Below, piece after piece: positions 24,534-37,251 of a stretch of 64,000 nt of DNA (within the stretch, counting starts at the first letter, position 1; every line of letters starts with the position of its first letter). The translations under genes and the position numbers were made by a program. A model generated the notes under the pieces. The model was not told where the DNA came from, did not search any database, and was given only the letters and a program-made list of their open reading frames with translations. This stretch comes from Azolla caroliniana (taxonomy: Eukaryota; Plantae; Polypodiophyta). Location of the stretch: positions 18,104,001 through 18,168,000 of the forward strand of contig JBHGNT010000008.1 in assembly GCA_043228905.1 (NCBI GenBank), given 5' to 3'.

Positions 24534-24911
24534 GTCTGTGTCGAGGTTGGATTGTGGTGGCGAGGTTGGATGGTGATGAGAGTGAGAGAGAGAGAGAGAG
24601 AGAGTTCAGAAAGCGGGGGTTCTCGTCTGGTGATCTTCCAACGCCTTGGTGCTTCTGTGCTCCTGGGTTCGCGAAATGAGAGGGTCTCCATGCGCAGTGG
24701 TTTTTCTCTGTGCATTCTGGCGCCTTTTTTGAGCGTGTGCACGTCGTGTCCTAAAATAGCATTATGTCCTGTGGCGGCGCTTAAATGCCCACTACGTACC
24801 TTTTCGCTCCTCGCTCTCTCGTCCATTCATACCTCGCTTTTGCATGATTACTTCGCTTTTTTATTTTTTATTTTTTTTATTTTTTATTTTAAATTTTAAT
24901 GTAGTGTGAGG

Positions 24912-27900
24912 TTACTTGTCCGTTGGTCCTATCGGACCCTTACCGGCCTCATTCTCCCCTGTTACCGGCTTGCCGTCTCCTCCGTCTTGGTGGTTGCCGT
25001 TTCCCTCAAAGGTTGCCGTTTCCTCACCGGTTCCCGATCTGGTGTCGGTCCTTTGCTCAAATGGGTTTTTGGGCATCGGTCCTCTATATGGCTTCAATCT
25101 GAATCCGTTGACCCATTTGCAGCACTTCGCCGGCAAGTGTCCCTAACTGGTAGGACCCATTATACTCACGTGTCAGCCAATACGGGCCGGTCCATCTAAA
25201 CCACAGTTTACCCGGCATCTTGCCCATCCGGGTTTGGAATACTAACACCGGCTTGCCGATTTCGAACATTTTTTCATTTCCTTTCCTATGCCGGTCGACA
25301 AATGCTTTCCGTCGCCGTTGTTCCAATTCTACGTGCAGGATGCTTGCCAGCCGTTGTTCCTCAAGTTCACACAGCGCTGTTAACCGTATTGCCTCCGACT
25401 CCTTCTCATTTAGCCATTCCCGTAGCTGGATCCGTAAGCTTGGTACTTGGAATTCCACCGGCATGACCGCCTCTAGTCCGAACGCTAACCAAAACGGTGT
25501 TGTTCGGATGCTCGTTTTGTATGCTGTCCGGTATGCCCAAAGTGCGCTATGTAGCTTGGTATCCCAATCCTTTCGGTTTCCGTTGACGATCTTCCGGAGG
25601 ATATTCTGGAGCATTTTGTTCATCGACTCAGCTAACCCGTTTGCTTGTGGATAGTACGGTGTGCTCCGTTTATGGACAACGGCATAGAATGTCGTCAGGC
25701 TTTCAACTACTTGGCCGAGAAAGTGCCCCCCTTGGTCGCTTATTAATTCGATTGGGCATCTGTAACGGCACCAGATGTATTCGTATAGAAATTTTGCCAT
25801 TGACGCAGCGGTGTTGTCTCTTAAGGCTTTGGCCTCCACCCATTTCGTGCAGTAATGCGTCGCAACGATGACGTACTGATTACCTGTTCTCATTGCTGGT
25901 GGTTTGAACGGTCCAACAAAGTCCAACCCCCACTTCTGGAATGGTTCGAGTGGTAGTACAGGCTGGTGTGGCATCCGAGCCTGCTCCGTTGGCTGGCCCA
26001 TTGGCTGGCATAGGTCACATTCTTTTGTGTACCGTACATCATCTCTTAATGTAGTTGGCCACCATAGGCCACTTTGCCATATTTTCCTGGCCGTTGCATC
26101 TCCGACATAGTGACCTCCGGCAACTCCGCAGTGGGCTTCCCTCAGTATGAGGTCCTTTTCATCGCTGTGCACAACCCGTCTCCATATGCCGTTCGCGCCC
26201 TTGTGGTAAAGTGTGTCTCGCAGTAAGCAGAAATGTCGGCTTTGCACCGCCAGGCATTTCCTTTCGTCCCGATTCATCTCCTCCGGAGGTAGTCCTGTGC
26301 TCAGAAACTAGTGCATATTTGTGAGCCACTTGTCTTCCTGTGCCACCGTCTCATTTGCTGCCGTAGTGACTCGAAACAGCTCCGCATCCGGAAACTCGTC
26401 CGCTACTCCGTCGCCCGTCTCTCCGGACTCTAATCGGCTTAAATAATCCGATACGGCATGCTGTATACCGGGTCGGTGGAATATTTCGAACTCGAATTCC
26501 TGTAACAGTAAGGTCCACCGGGCCAACTTACTGGTGAGTGACGCCTTGGACACCAGGTAGAGGAGTGCTGAATGATCTACATGGAAGGAAAACTTCCTTC
26601 CCAATAAATAATGCCGAAACTTTGTCACACTGTAGATCATCCCTAGAGCTTCCCGTTCCGTGGTAGAGTAGTTCCGTTCCGCTTGGGATAGCTTTCGGCT
26701 GGCATAGTACACTGGCCGGTACCACTTCGGCTCCGTAAGCTGCATTAGTGCGCTTCCGATTGCGATGTCGGAGGCGTCCACGAACACATGAAATTCTTTA
26801 CTCTAATCCGGAGGCTGCACTACCGGTGCTTGCGACAATAGTACCTTGAGGGCCCTATACGCCCTATCCTCGGTGTCGGTCCACTGGAATGGTGTTCGAT
26901 GTACTGCGGCATGCAACGGTGTAGCCAAGTCAGCCAAGTATCGGAGCATCCGGCTGTGCCACCGGATCTGGCCTAAGAACCAACTCAATGCCTTTGCCGT
27001 TGCCGGCGCCGGTGCTTCTAATATGACTTTCACTTTGTCCGGGTCGACTGCAATGCCTTCCTTGCTCACAATATGTACTAGTAGGGTTCCACTGGACACG
27101 CCAAATACACACTTTGCCGGATTCAAGCTTAGCCGGTACGCTCGACACTTTTCTAGACAAAGACGGAGGTGCTGAAAATGGTCCTCTTCCCGGCTATAGA
27201 CGATGAAATCGTCAAGGAAAACCTGCATAAAAGCCGGGATATATTCACCAAAGATTTCCATGATGATTCGTTGGAATGTTGCCGGTGCCGTTTTGAGTCC
27301 AAACATCATCACCACGGCCACAAACACCCCCCATTCGGTGACGAAAGCCGTTTTCTCTTGGTCGTCGGGGTGCATCCGGATAAGATTATACCCGTTGAAT
27401 CCATCTAGAAAGCTATAAATCTCATGGACGGCGACGGCATCCAACACTCCATCTGTGAACGGAAATGGAAACGCATCTGTTACCGTAGCCGCATTGAGAT
27501 TCCGGTAGTCCACACAAACTCAAATTTTTCCGTTCTTCTTCAGTACGACTACGATCGGGCTCAGCCATGTCGCTCTCTTTACCGGACGGATAAAGCCAAC
27601 TCTTAGCAGTTTGTCGATTTCCTCCTTGACTTTGGCGGCATAATTGGGATTCATCCGGTACCGTCTTTGTGCCACTGGTTTTGCGTCCTTGCTCAAGTGA
27701 ATCTGATGCTGGTATAACTGAGGGTCGAGCCCTTGCATGTCTTCGTATGACCAGGCAAACACGTCGCGAAATTCCGTGAGAAGTGTGATCATCTCCGTTT
27801 TGTCTTCGGACTTCATCTCCTTGGCGATGTGCACCAGTTTTGCTTCGTCCGTGGTCCCTAGGTTCACCTCTTCAAGTTGCGACGCTTTTACGCGCTGTGA

Positions 27901-30471
27901 AACGGCCATTTCCCGTTCCATCGCTTCCTGCGCTTGCCGTAACTCTCGGATTGTGTCCTTATCCGGTTCTGCTTCAGTCTCTTTCGGCTGCAGTAAGTAT
28001 GATGTTATTGCTTCGGCAATGTCAATTTCGAAGAGGGGTACGATCTTCGGGTTTTCCTGCAAGTACTGAGCTTCTACTTCGTTAGCTAACCCTTCTAGCA
28101 TGTGGACGCACTCTGCATACAGCGGTGTACAATTCTTGCTAGTGCTTGTCCTTGGCTGTGTTGGTACACGTACCTTGGCTTTTCCTCGCCAGAAGGTAAT
28201 TATATTTTTCCTCCAATTCTGTTTGATATGTGCCGTTTTCAACCATGGCCGCCCCAACAATAGCGGGTACGCGCCTTGTGCTTGTAATTGTAGCACTACT
28301 GCCAAGATGTGAAATGTATGACCGCCAACGGTGACTTCTAATTTCCGTATTAATCCTGTCGGCCGCACTGAGCTTGTATCGGCCATCCGTAACCAGAACG
28401 GACACGGCTCCCACTCGTGGATTCCCAGGGCATCACATGTCCGGAGGCTTATTACATTCACACCGGAGCCTCCGTCTATTACTGTGCCGGGGAGTTCTTT
28501 CCCTTTTACAATGGCAGTAATTACCGGACTGTTGGTGTCCACCACCGTTGGTCCCTCCTCCGGATTCGAGAAGAGTACCGGTGCCGGTGATGATTCTCCT
28601 TCTGTCATGGTTGTCTTCAGTCCTTCCGTGAATCTCGGCACGAGCTATAGGAGTCTTCCTAGTGGCAGCGTAATCTGGCATTCTTGCAACGCCTGCCATG
28701 TCTCGTTCTCGGAGTGACTGCCGCCGGCAAGCCCTACGGTGTTCTCCTTTTGCCGCTCTAAGTCTGTTACGTTTTGCTCGTTTGCTTTCTCCACCCATTC
28801 CGTCGCTTGCTTCCAGATGGTCTCCTGCGTCTCCCATTCCTTGACCATGCCCTTCGACCTTGTGGTCACCTGCTGCAGATCTGCCACTTCAGGGACTACC
28901 ATATTTACTGCCGGTTGTTTGTCATAGCTCTTCGCCGGGCATTGATTACTATAATGGCCTGCCTGTCGGCAGTAGTAGCAGTAGGCTTTCCGGGTATTAC
29001 TGGATTCGGCATTGTCTTTTGTACCCGAGGCAGGTCCCGTGGTAAGCGCGGGGTTTTGGGCCGGTTGGCTGCTTGAAGCTCCTTGTTCCGGATCCCGTGG
29101 GTGGCCGCCTTTTTTGAAATGCCATTTTTTGTTATAGTTCTTCTTATTGCGGTACTCTTGACGAAGTTGGTCGTTATATCTGCCGTATTCCTCTCGTTGC
29201 TGCCGATACCCGAGGGAGTGCTCCCGGTCGTAATGTTCGTATCGTCTATTGTAATCCCGGTACCGATCATCTCTATCGTACCGGTCGTAGTTATCCCGCC
29301 GATCACCGTACCGGACATCATTCTCCCATTGATCGCCATACCAGACATCCTATGCCGATCGGTATCGGTCCATTCGCCGCCAGCGTTCCTCTTCTTCATC
29401 CCGGTTGCTGCGTGGCTCTATTTGTCGAACGGGTGGTGCTTGCCGGTTCAATAGAATATACTCACACCTATCCGTCGTATGGCCCTTGGATTGACAGATT
29501 ACACATTGTGTCCTCATAGTGCATTCTAGTGCCGAGTGTCCGGAATTCAAGCAGGTTGTGCACTGTATTGCTTGCCGAAACCGGAGGTCTTCATCGGACG
29601 GTAACGCCCGTTGGAGTGCTCCTAGTGTGAGCTAGGAGCTTGTCTTTTCCATCTCTCTCACCCGGTCAATGACCTGGTCGATGGTACTTGCGCGGAAGTC
29701 AATTACCGTGCAAACCGTGCGTAGGGGTTCCCGGAGCGCATTTAGGAATATAGTCCGTAATTCCTCCTCCGGGGGTGCGCGGGCAAGCTGACTATGCATC
29801 CGTTGAAACCAGATGACAAACTGGGGAATGCTCTCCCCTACCTCCTATCGGATGGTATAAAACAAGCCCACCATTACTGTCTGGTCCACCTCCTTTTGGA
29901 AAAAATCCAAGAATTTAGCTTTTAAATCTGCGAAGGTGGTGATGGTAGACGGGTCCTGCGTCCGGCGCCATCTTGCTGCCGGTCCTTCCAATGTGACGCC
30001 AAATTCCGCTATCTTAGAGCGTTCCTCTTCCTCCGGGGTCAATCGCTGGGACACATGGTTTGCTTCCCATGTTTGTTCAAAGGCGTGAACATGAGCTTCC
30101 GCGTCCGGATCATCTCTATACTTGGAGTACTGGAACGACATGTCATCGTTCGGTATCGGTGCGTGGGATGGTGGTGTTGGTGGTCGTTCCTGGTTTTTCT
30201 CCGGCGTCGATGGTCTTTCCTCTTCTTTTGGTGACGAAGGCCTCTCCTCCTCGACTTCCGGTGTCCAAGGTCGCTCTTCCTCTGCTTCTGGTTCTGGAGG
30301 TTCCAGCCCTAGCACTTCCGGTTCTGGTGTCGGTAAGGTGTCCGATCCTTCGTCCTCTGGTCCGCCCGGGGTGTCGTTGCTGCTACGGTAGTTCGTGTGC
30401 ACGTTGTATCCCCCTTCGGAATCCGATTCATACGCTAAAAAGGCTTCTACTTCGCCTTCTCCGCTTGCCAA
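24912..30471 (-). pseudogene. Gypsy E gag-pol, disrupted
   Basis: Gag with CTTCLNSGH/CVICQSKGH knuckles, PR VIDGGSG, RT FLDD, RH VDAS…YSTTERE, INT WGLDFVGP…YYPQANG. Confidence 0.93.
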
Positions 30472-30737
30472 CGCCTGGAGAAGGGATTCGGTTTCCCGGA
30501 GGCTGCTTAGGCTGCTGCCGTCGTCCGGGTGCGATGTTTGCTTTAATCGGAGGGACTCCTCCTCTACTCTCCGGATTACGTTGGAAAACGAGCGATCCGC
30601 TGTAATTTCCTACGCCGCTTGCTGGAAAGCCTCACGTCTCCTTTGCCTTTCGGCAAGGCGTCGAGTTCGATCTGTAACCAGGTCGTGCGTTGATCTAGTC
30701 ATCCATTCATGCCATCGTTCGCTGGCAAAAACAGGAA

Positions 30738-30749
30738 TCGTGGTCACCA
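30738..30749 (-). promoter_or_regulatory. Primer-binding site of Gypsy E (probably a tRNA-Arg isoacceptor)
   Basis: TGGTGACCACGA, 7 nt after the 5' LTR; tRNA identity from memory. Confidence 0.6.
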
Positions 30750-30756
30750 AAAACTG

Positions 30757-31190
30757 TGTTAACTCTTAGGGCCGGACAATGGCCTAACACAGGGTGTCTA
30801 TGGAAGACACTTCACCAAAGGGGTGTTACGGCAAGAGGATTAGGCTCAATGATTAATCCGACTTAATTAGGTTACTTAGCAAGATCGTCCTTAATAATCA
30901 CACGCGTAAGATATAACAATGAATGCAGAACGACAATTAACACAGAGAGATAAAAACACTAAGCTTTATTAATTATCCGTTGCTCATTACATTGTATCCG
31001 GGCCTTTAAATAGGTTTCCGGTTTGTAGTACAAAACGGTGCCATCCGCACCTGTTCAGGATCGGTCCGGATCCGGAACGGCATACCGATTCCGGTCCGTC
31101 CGTCCACACTAATAGCTTACTTACAACCATTCCTAATAATTAAATAACTCCTTCGTTTCACACTCTGGACTCCTTTGCCGGCCGGTAACA
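30757..31190 (-). repeat. 5' LTR of Gypsy E
   Basis: TGTTAC…TTAACA on the minus strand. Confidence 0.93.
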
Positions 31191-33284
31191 GTCCAGGTAG
31201 AAGATGAAGACTTCGGCACTCTAGAAGAGAGTCCAATCTCATTTCGGTTGAGTGGACCAAATGAGCGGCTAAGTTAGGATGACCAGTCAGATGAGGAACA
31301 TACGAGTAGTAGAGACTCTGCCATGCTCTCCCCGCGCAAGGAACCGAGGAGACGATTCATGCACAAAGAGAAGGGGAAGAGGAAGATGCCGGAATACGAA
31401 ACCGGCAACGTTGAGTCTGATTGGAGCGGATACGACTCCGGAAAGAATGAAGGTGGATCATCGGGAACGAAGTTCGAACCGGCCAAGAAGGGCCCCAAAC
31501 CGGGTAACGATAATTTACGTCGGTCTTCCCACCAGAAGAACCCTGTGAAGCGGTACGGGTACAATGAGTACATGGCGCATCACTATGCGCACATGACCAA
31601 GGTGGCGGAAGTGCGTGAGCCAGAGAGCTACATAGAAACGGCAAAGGATGCAAATTGGCGTGCCGCTATGGAGGAAGAAATGCGGGCACTTGATGCCAAC
31701 GACACATGGGACCTAGTTGACCCTCCCCGACACTGTAAACTGATCGGTTGTAAGTTGGTGTACAAGGTAAAGTACAATGCTGATGGTTCGGTTAACCGGT
31801 GCACGGCCCGGTTAGTGGTGAAGGGATATGCGTAGACCCACGGAATCAACTACGACGAGACCTTCGCTCCAATAGCGAAGATGACGACGGTTCGTGTGGT
31901 GCTGGTGGTTGCTGTAGCAAGGGGGTGGCATCTTCACTAGATGGATGTGAAGAATGCATTTCTTCAAGGCGATCTTGAAGAAGAGGTCTTTATGACCCAA
32001 CCCCTCGGTTTCTAGTCAAAGATGAACAAGTCGGCGCTATGCCGGCTGAAGAAGTCACTTTATGGCCTGAATCAAGCCCCCCGAGCTTGGAATGCGAAGA
32101 TCACGCACTGATTGCGTAAGATGGGGTTTGCTGCCTCCATGTCCGACTCTTCGTTGTTCATCCGGCAAGGTCCAGACGGTCCGGTTGGCATCTTGTTGTA
32201 TGTTGATGATCTAGTCATCACCGGACCCAGACTCGATGTCATCAGCCGAGTCAAGTCCCAGCTATCGGACGCATTTGAGATGAAGAACCTGGGGGACCTT
32301 CACTATTTCCTTGGGATCGAGGTGATCCGAACCCCCGATGGCATATTGATCTCACAGAGACACTATGTGTTGAATATGATGTACAAGTTCGGCATGACGG
32401 AATGCCGACCGATCTCCACACCCCTAGACTGGAACCAGAACCTCTGTCCCGACTCCGGACCGGCATGCGATGAAATGCGGTTCTGACAAATTGTCGGAAG
32501 CTTCATATATTTGACAATCACCTGACCCGGCATCAGTTATCCAGTCGGACTGATCAGCCAATATATGCAGAAGCTGACCGTGGAGCACCTTCTGAGCGCG
32601 CATCGAATTTTGCGATATCTGAGCGGCACGAAGGAACGGGGACTATTATATTGGCATGGTATAACCGAAGAGCTAGTCGGCTACACCGATGCCAATTGGG
32701 CCTGCGATGCATCGGATCGCCGATTCACCTCCGGCTATATGTTTTCCCTTGGTAGCGCAGCTGTTGCGTGGAGCAGCAAAAAGCAGCCAACAGTGGTCCT
32801 TTCGAGCACTGAGGCTGAATACCGGGACACTACCGTTGCCACCTGTGAAGCCATTTGGCTTCGGTGATTGCTGCAAGACCTGTGGATCGAGGTGCCGACC
32901 TCGATCCTAATCTACTACGACAGCATAAGCAATATGCATCTCGCCAAGAACCCCGTATTCCATGCTTGCACAAAGCACATAGAAGTGCACTACCACTTCG
33001 TGCATGAGCGTGTGTTGAGCGGTGAGCCATGTACGGATCGGCAAGTTGCTGACATGTTCACCAAACCGCTTGGATCATACAAGTTGCAACACTTCACCGA
33101 AATGCTTGGTGTTCAGCATCTCAACGTGCCACACTTGAGGGGGAGAACGGGCAAAGACACTGGAACAGGCAAAGGCAAAGAGACTGTCGATTGCGCCGGT
33201 AAGGGAAGAACCGACGAGGGGAGAGGCAAGAAGAAGAAAGGTGACACATCCGAACAAGTCGGAACAAGCGGCAGTGACGGCTGA
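31191..33284 (+). pseudogene. Copia D RT and RNase H
   Basis: ARLVVKGY, LYVDD, YTDANWA, SSTEAEY, TKHIEV. Confidence 0.9.
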
Positions 33285-33735
33285 GTCAAGAAGGACAGAG
33301 CCGACCGGAAGAAGAAGGCCAAGACCCAAACATGGTCCGATGTGGTGAACGGCCTGGAACCAGAAGTCGAATCGGGAGCAACCGATTCGGACAAGAGCTG
33401 GAATGAGTCGGACACAGCCGATTCGGTTCAACAGACGGATTCGGAAGAACACGAAGAGCACGAGAAGGCAGCAAAAGTCGACGCCAACACGAACGAATTG
33501 GCGAATCGGCGAGCACCGATGTCAGAACAGCGAGGGAGTTGAGATGGGTCTGTTGAGCAGACAAGCAGACCGAGGAGGCTGAGGCGTGTAGAATCAGAAG
33601 GGTCGCGGCAAACGGGACCGGACCGGACAAGGAGCGCGAACGAGGCGGAGTAACGCCAGAAGGAGCCGGGTGGGAGGACCGGCTGCCATGGAGACTGACA
33701 CTACGATCCGACCTCAAGTTGACCTTGAGGGGGAG

Positions 33736-34136
33736 TGTTGACGTGGCAAGCTCAACCGGATACGGATCGGCTGAATAAGCTTGACCTGGATTGGCATCCG
33801 AAAGGATGAGCCGGTTAGCTGGGGAGTCGGTTAGCCGGATCCAGCAGTAACCGAAAGCCTAGTAGCAGCATAAACTACTAGGTAGTTAATGTCTCGTAGT
33901 TAGTATCAGATGCTCGTGTGAGCATTGAAGTACATCGTACTTTTGTCAGTCCTCTTAGGACTTGTATAAATAGTGTTGTTGAGCACGTCTCATGTACAGA
34001 GAACTATTATTGTTTTGAAATAGATTTAACTTGTTCTGCTCTTTCTCTGTCTCTCCCGCGTACTGTCAAGCTCTCCATTAAACCTGCGTTTCTGTGTTCG
34101 GTTTTCTATTGCTTCCGCACGCTATTCGTTTCTACA
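33736..34136 (+). repeat. 3' LTR of Copia D
   Basis: Follows PPT GAGGGGGAG and ends CA before the TSD. Confidence 0.88.
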
Positions 34137-34688
34137 GAAATGATGGGTCGACAAGCACCGGAGTCGCAGCAGCGAGAGAGCTGAAATGGGCCTGTTGAGT
34201 AGACAAGCCGACCGAGGAGGTCAAGGTGTGCAGAAGCAAAAGGGTCGTGACAAAAGGAACCGGACCGGACGAGGAGCGGGAGCAAGGCGGAGTGACACCA
34301 GAAGGAGCCGGGTAGAAGGACCGGCTACCATGAACACTGACACCACAATCCGACCTCAAGTTGAGCTTGAGGGGGAGTGTTGAGCGGCAACCTCAAATGG
34401 ATCCGAATCGGCTGAATAAGCCTGAGCCGGATCGATGAGCCGGTGAACGAGATAGATCGGTGAGCCGGTGAGTCGAGTAGCCGAATCAGAGCAGTAATCG
34501 GAAGCCTAGTAGTAGCCTAGACTACTAGGTAATCATTGTCTCGTATTTAGTGTCAGTCACACGTAGGAATATTGAAGTACCTGTCAGTACTTCTGTCAGT
34601 TCTTTATGGACTTGTATAAATAGTGTTGTTTAGCACGTTGTATGTACACAGTGTTTTAGAGTGATATTTTGAATTGAGTTTATGTTCT

Positions 34689-34748
<60 letters not shown>

Positions 34749-34856
34749 ACGCGTATTCTCTATGTGTTAAGCTACTCCATTAAACCTTCATCTTATTCTC
34801 TGTTGCTATCCGACTGAACTGGTTCTATCTAACGCTTCTGCACGTTTACATTCACA
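34137..34856 (+). mobile_element. Copia C 3' end with 3' LTR (34378-34856, containing a (CT)n run at about 34690-34746)
   Basis: Continues the 3' extension seen at 11520-11766; PPT, then TGTTG…TTCACA. Confidence 0.85.
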
Positions 34857-35153
34857 AATAATAATAATAATAATAATTTATTATTAACTTTATTTATTTA
34901 TTTAAATAATTACTATATAAAGGAAAGTCATCTCCTTAGTGTCATTATCGCGTTGAAATTTTCCAAGAGCTCAAGAGCACTAACATTCTCGCACCCTCCG
35001 TATTTGCGATCTCGAACACCTCGTCGCAAATCAAGCACCATGAACAAGGGAAAGAAAGTTGCCAGGTATTTTTTTCTAAGTAATTCCAAAGATTCCCTAA
35101 AGATGCTTTTCTATTATTAATTAGTTTTAATCTATTTATCTAAGTGTATTACA

Positions 35154-35277
35154 CGGGAATTCGATGCACTGCATCAAATTCTCACATACTAAGGCTTTCA
35201 ACGAGAATTTGATGCACTACATCGAATTCTCGTTGAAAGCCTATGAGTGCATCGAATTCCCGTTGAAAAACTTGTGT
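35154..35277. repeat. Nested inverted repeats built from a GAATTCGATGCA motif
   Basis: AGGCTTTCAACGAGAATT…AATTCTCGTTGAAAGCCT hairpin flanked by CGGGAATTCGATGCACT / AGTGCATCGAATTCCCG. Confidence 0.75.
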
Positions 35278-35404
35278 TTTCTATTAAAAAAATGAATTAT
35301 ATGGATATTGAACAAAATAGCTTAAATATACTACACCTATGTGCGTAATTTTGGGGTTTATCAACCTACTTATAGCATATAATTAAATAATTGGTTTCTT
35401 CGAC

Positions 35405-36223
35405 GTGCTAATCCTAAAATATTTATTCTCTTTTAGTGAACCTTGCCAAAAAGTCCCCGCCTTCAAGCTGAAGATCAAGTCTCCTACAAAAAGGGGTTCT
35501 GATAGCTTCCTACAAGACAAATCCCGTAGGCTGCTTTTTGAGTCTGGTGGTGACAACACGTCGAAGTCATCTATGGGTAATACAAGAAAAATGCTTGAAA
35601 GCAAGTTAGTGGACGTGAAAGTAAAAAAATTCCTAAGTATAGAATGGAGTTTGGTTTACGTCGAGGAAGAAGGAATATTACTCCTAATATTTGCAAAGTC
35701 TGAAGGAAAGGGAAAAATGGATTTAGGCAACAGCTTCACTTATGGTAGACTTCGGAATGTTAAGTACGAAGATAGTGACTCGCCTAATCTCGTCCTTGAT
35801 GTAAAAATCTCGAATGGGACTAAACGAGTACTCATTGATGAAGGAAACCTGGTGGCCGAGGGTTGTAGCCCCAAAATTTTGCGGAAGGACATACAAACAA
35901 AGACCAACCTAATTGTTGCTCTTCGTCCTTATGTTACTAGGGAGCTAATGGTTAGAGAAGCAAAGACGCCTCCAAAGAAGTCTTGGAAGTCAAATCCAAA
36001 TATGCGTCGACAATGTCTGTTGGAGGTGGGTATAGCGGTTGATGAAAGCACGAAGTTGGAAGGATTGAGGAAATATGACTCGTGGTTTCAACTAGCCTTT
36101 AGAATAGGGGAGGTTTGGGAATTGCATGACACAATATTTAGCATGTGGGAGCGGAAAGAGGTGAAAGGACAAAGGTCAAAGAAGGTCAAACTCAATCCAC
36201 AAGTCGAAATGAAGTCAAAATAA
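35405..36223 (+). CDS. Unidentified ORF (272 codons), possibly transposon-derived or an exon fragment
   Basis: Long open frame in AT-rich DNA; no motif recognised. Confidence 0.3.
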   Translation: MLILKYLFSFSEPCQKVPAFKLKIKSPTKRGSDSFLQDKSRRLLFESGGDNTSKSSMGNTRKMLESKLVDVKVKKFLSIEWSLVYVEEEGILLLIFAKSEGKGKMDLGNSFTYGRLRNVKYEDSDSPNLVLDVKISNGTKRVLIDEGNLVAEGCSPKILRKDIQTKTNLIVALRPYVTRELMVREAKTPPKKSWKSNPNMRRQCLLEVGIAVDESTKLEGLRKYDSWFQLAFRIGEVWELHDTIFSMWERKEVKGQRSKKVKLNPQVEMKSK

Positions 36224-36348
36224 CGTAAAAGTGATTTGATTATCGAGGAGCTCCCCGAAGATATGAAGTTGCTCCCTTGGCAGTCTTTACAAGGCATTAA
36301 AGATGAAAGGTTATTAATTTATGTACTTTCACGAGTAGTCGCCAATGT

Positions 36349-36415
36349 CATGATATGGCAAGACTCAAACCCATGACCTTAGGTTACATAGGTCGAGCTC
36401 TTGACCATTATACCA
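36349..36415 (-). other. tRNA-derived SINE-head-like relic
   Basis: A box TGGTATAATGG, B-box-like GGTTTGAGTC; 3' tail CTTGCCATATCATG resembles the relic at 595-663. Confidence 0.5.
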
Positions 36416-36572
36416 TCTATTGTAATACGTAGGATATTATTTTCATTTAAGTTTTATTATGGAAAATTGATGTATATTCCAGATTTCTCTGGAAAATTCT
36501 AGAAACTTCAAGAGTATTCCTGAGAATACTATAAAAGGAGGCACAAGGCATTATTTCGAACCAAATCGGTTA

Positions 36573-37027
36573 TGTTGTCCAGAGGACAGAAATGTAAAAT
36601 TAGGAAACTAGCAGACGCCGAGTCCGAGTATCACGGGCCACCAAGGGCTCGGCTGTGTGTAAGGGGAAAAAGTTATTTAAACGAGGAATAGTACCTCAAA
36701 AAGGGAGAGAAGAAAATTATAGGCGGAAGCACTAGCTTAGTCATTCGAATTAGATAAACTTGTAAGGTCACCGGCCATAGGCCGTGTTCTGTAATCCTTT
36801 CTGCCATAGTAATACATCTTATTTGTGCCTATTTTGGTTGCATGATTCTGTGTTTCGATCTATACCTATGAGTTTCACGTCGCCACATCTATCAAAACCT
36901 CGCTAGTGTTTTCTCTCTGAACCCTGTATCTCTCTCGACGCCTCTGTACGAGCCTTCACGAACCACGCCCTTGAAGACCGATAGTCGCAGATCTATCGAA
37001 GGTGTTCGCCAAAAGGAACGGGTAACA
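36573..37027 (+). repeat. 5' LTR of Gypsy F
   Basis: TGTTGTCC…GGTAACA, direct repeat of 42699-43153. Confidence 0.95.
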
Positions 37028-37032
37028 CAATT

Positions 37033-37045
37033 TGGCACGCCCGGT
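37033..37045 (+). promoter_or_regulatory. Primer-binding site of Gypsy F (tRNA-Arg-like)
   Basis: TGGCACGCCCGGT, 5 nt after the LTR. Confidence 0.75.
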
Positions 37046-37251
37046 TACAGTTGTGAGTACACAGAGAACTTCGTTGAAGGTAACCATCAGCCGCCGTTAC
37101 GGCGCCCTCTCGCACCACGAGGTCTCGGCCACCTGCCCGACACCCTGACCCAGTCAAAGGAACTTCCGACTCGGCGGTCACTGACCAATCCTTTCCCGAT
37201 CAATCAGGGGCTTGTCTAGTACAATCCTCGCCACCGGACACTCGATCGCGA

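Larger units (their letters stand above)
21255..31190 (-). mobile_element. Full-length Ty3/Gypsy element E (9936 bp) with extra 3' ORF
   Basis: 434-bp LTRs 21255-21688 and 30757-31190; gag-PR-RT-RH-INT on the minus strand; no TSD found. Confidence 0.95.
18739..34136 (+). mobile_element. Ty1/Copia element D inserted in Copia C and itself interrupted by Gypsy E
   Basis: TGTTG…CTACA termini with 5-bp TSD GAAAT (18734-18738/34137-34141); 5' LTR reduced to about 130 bp; 3' LTR 33736-34136. Confidence 0.9.
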
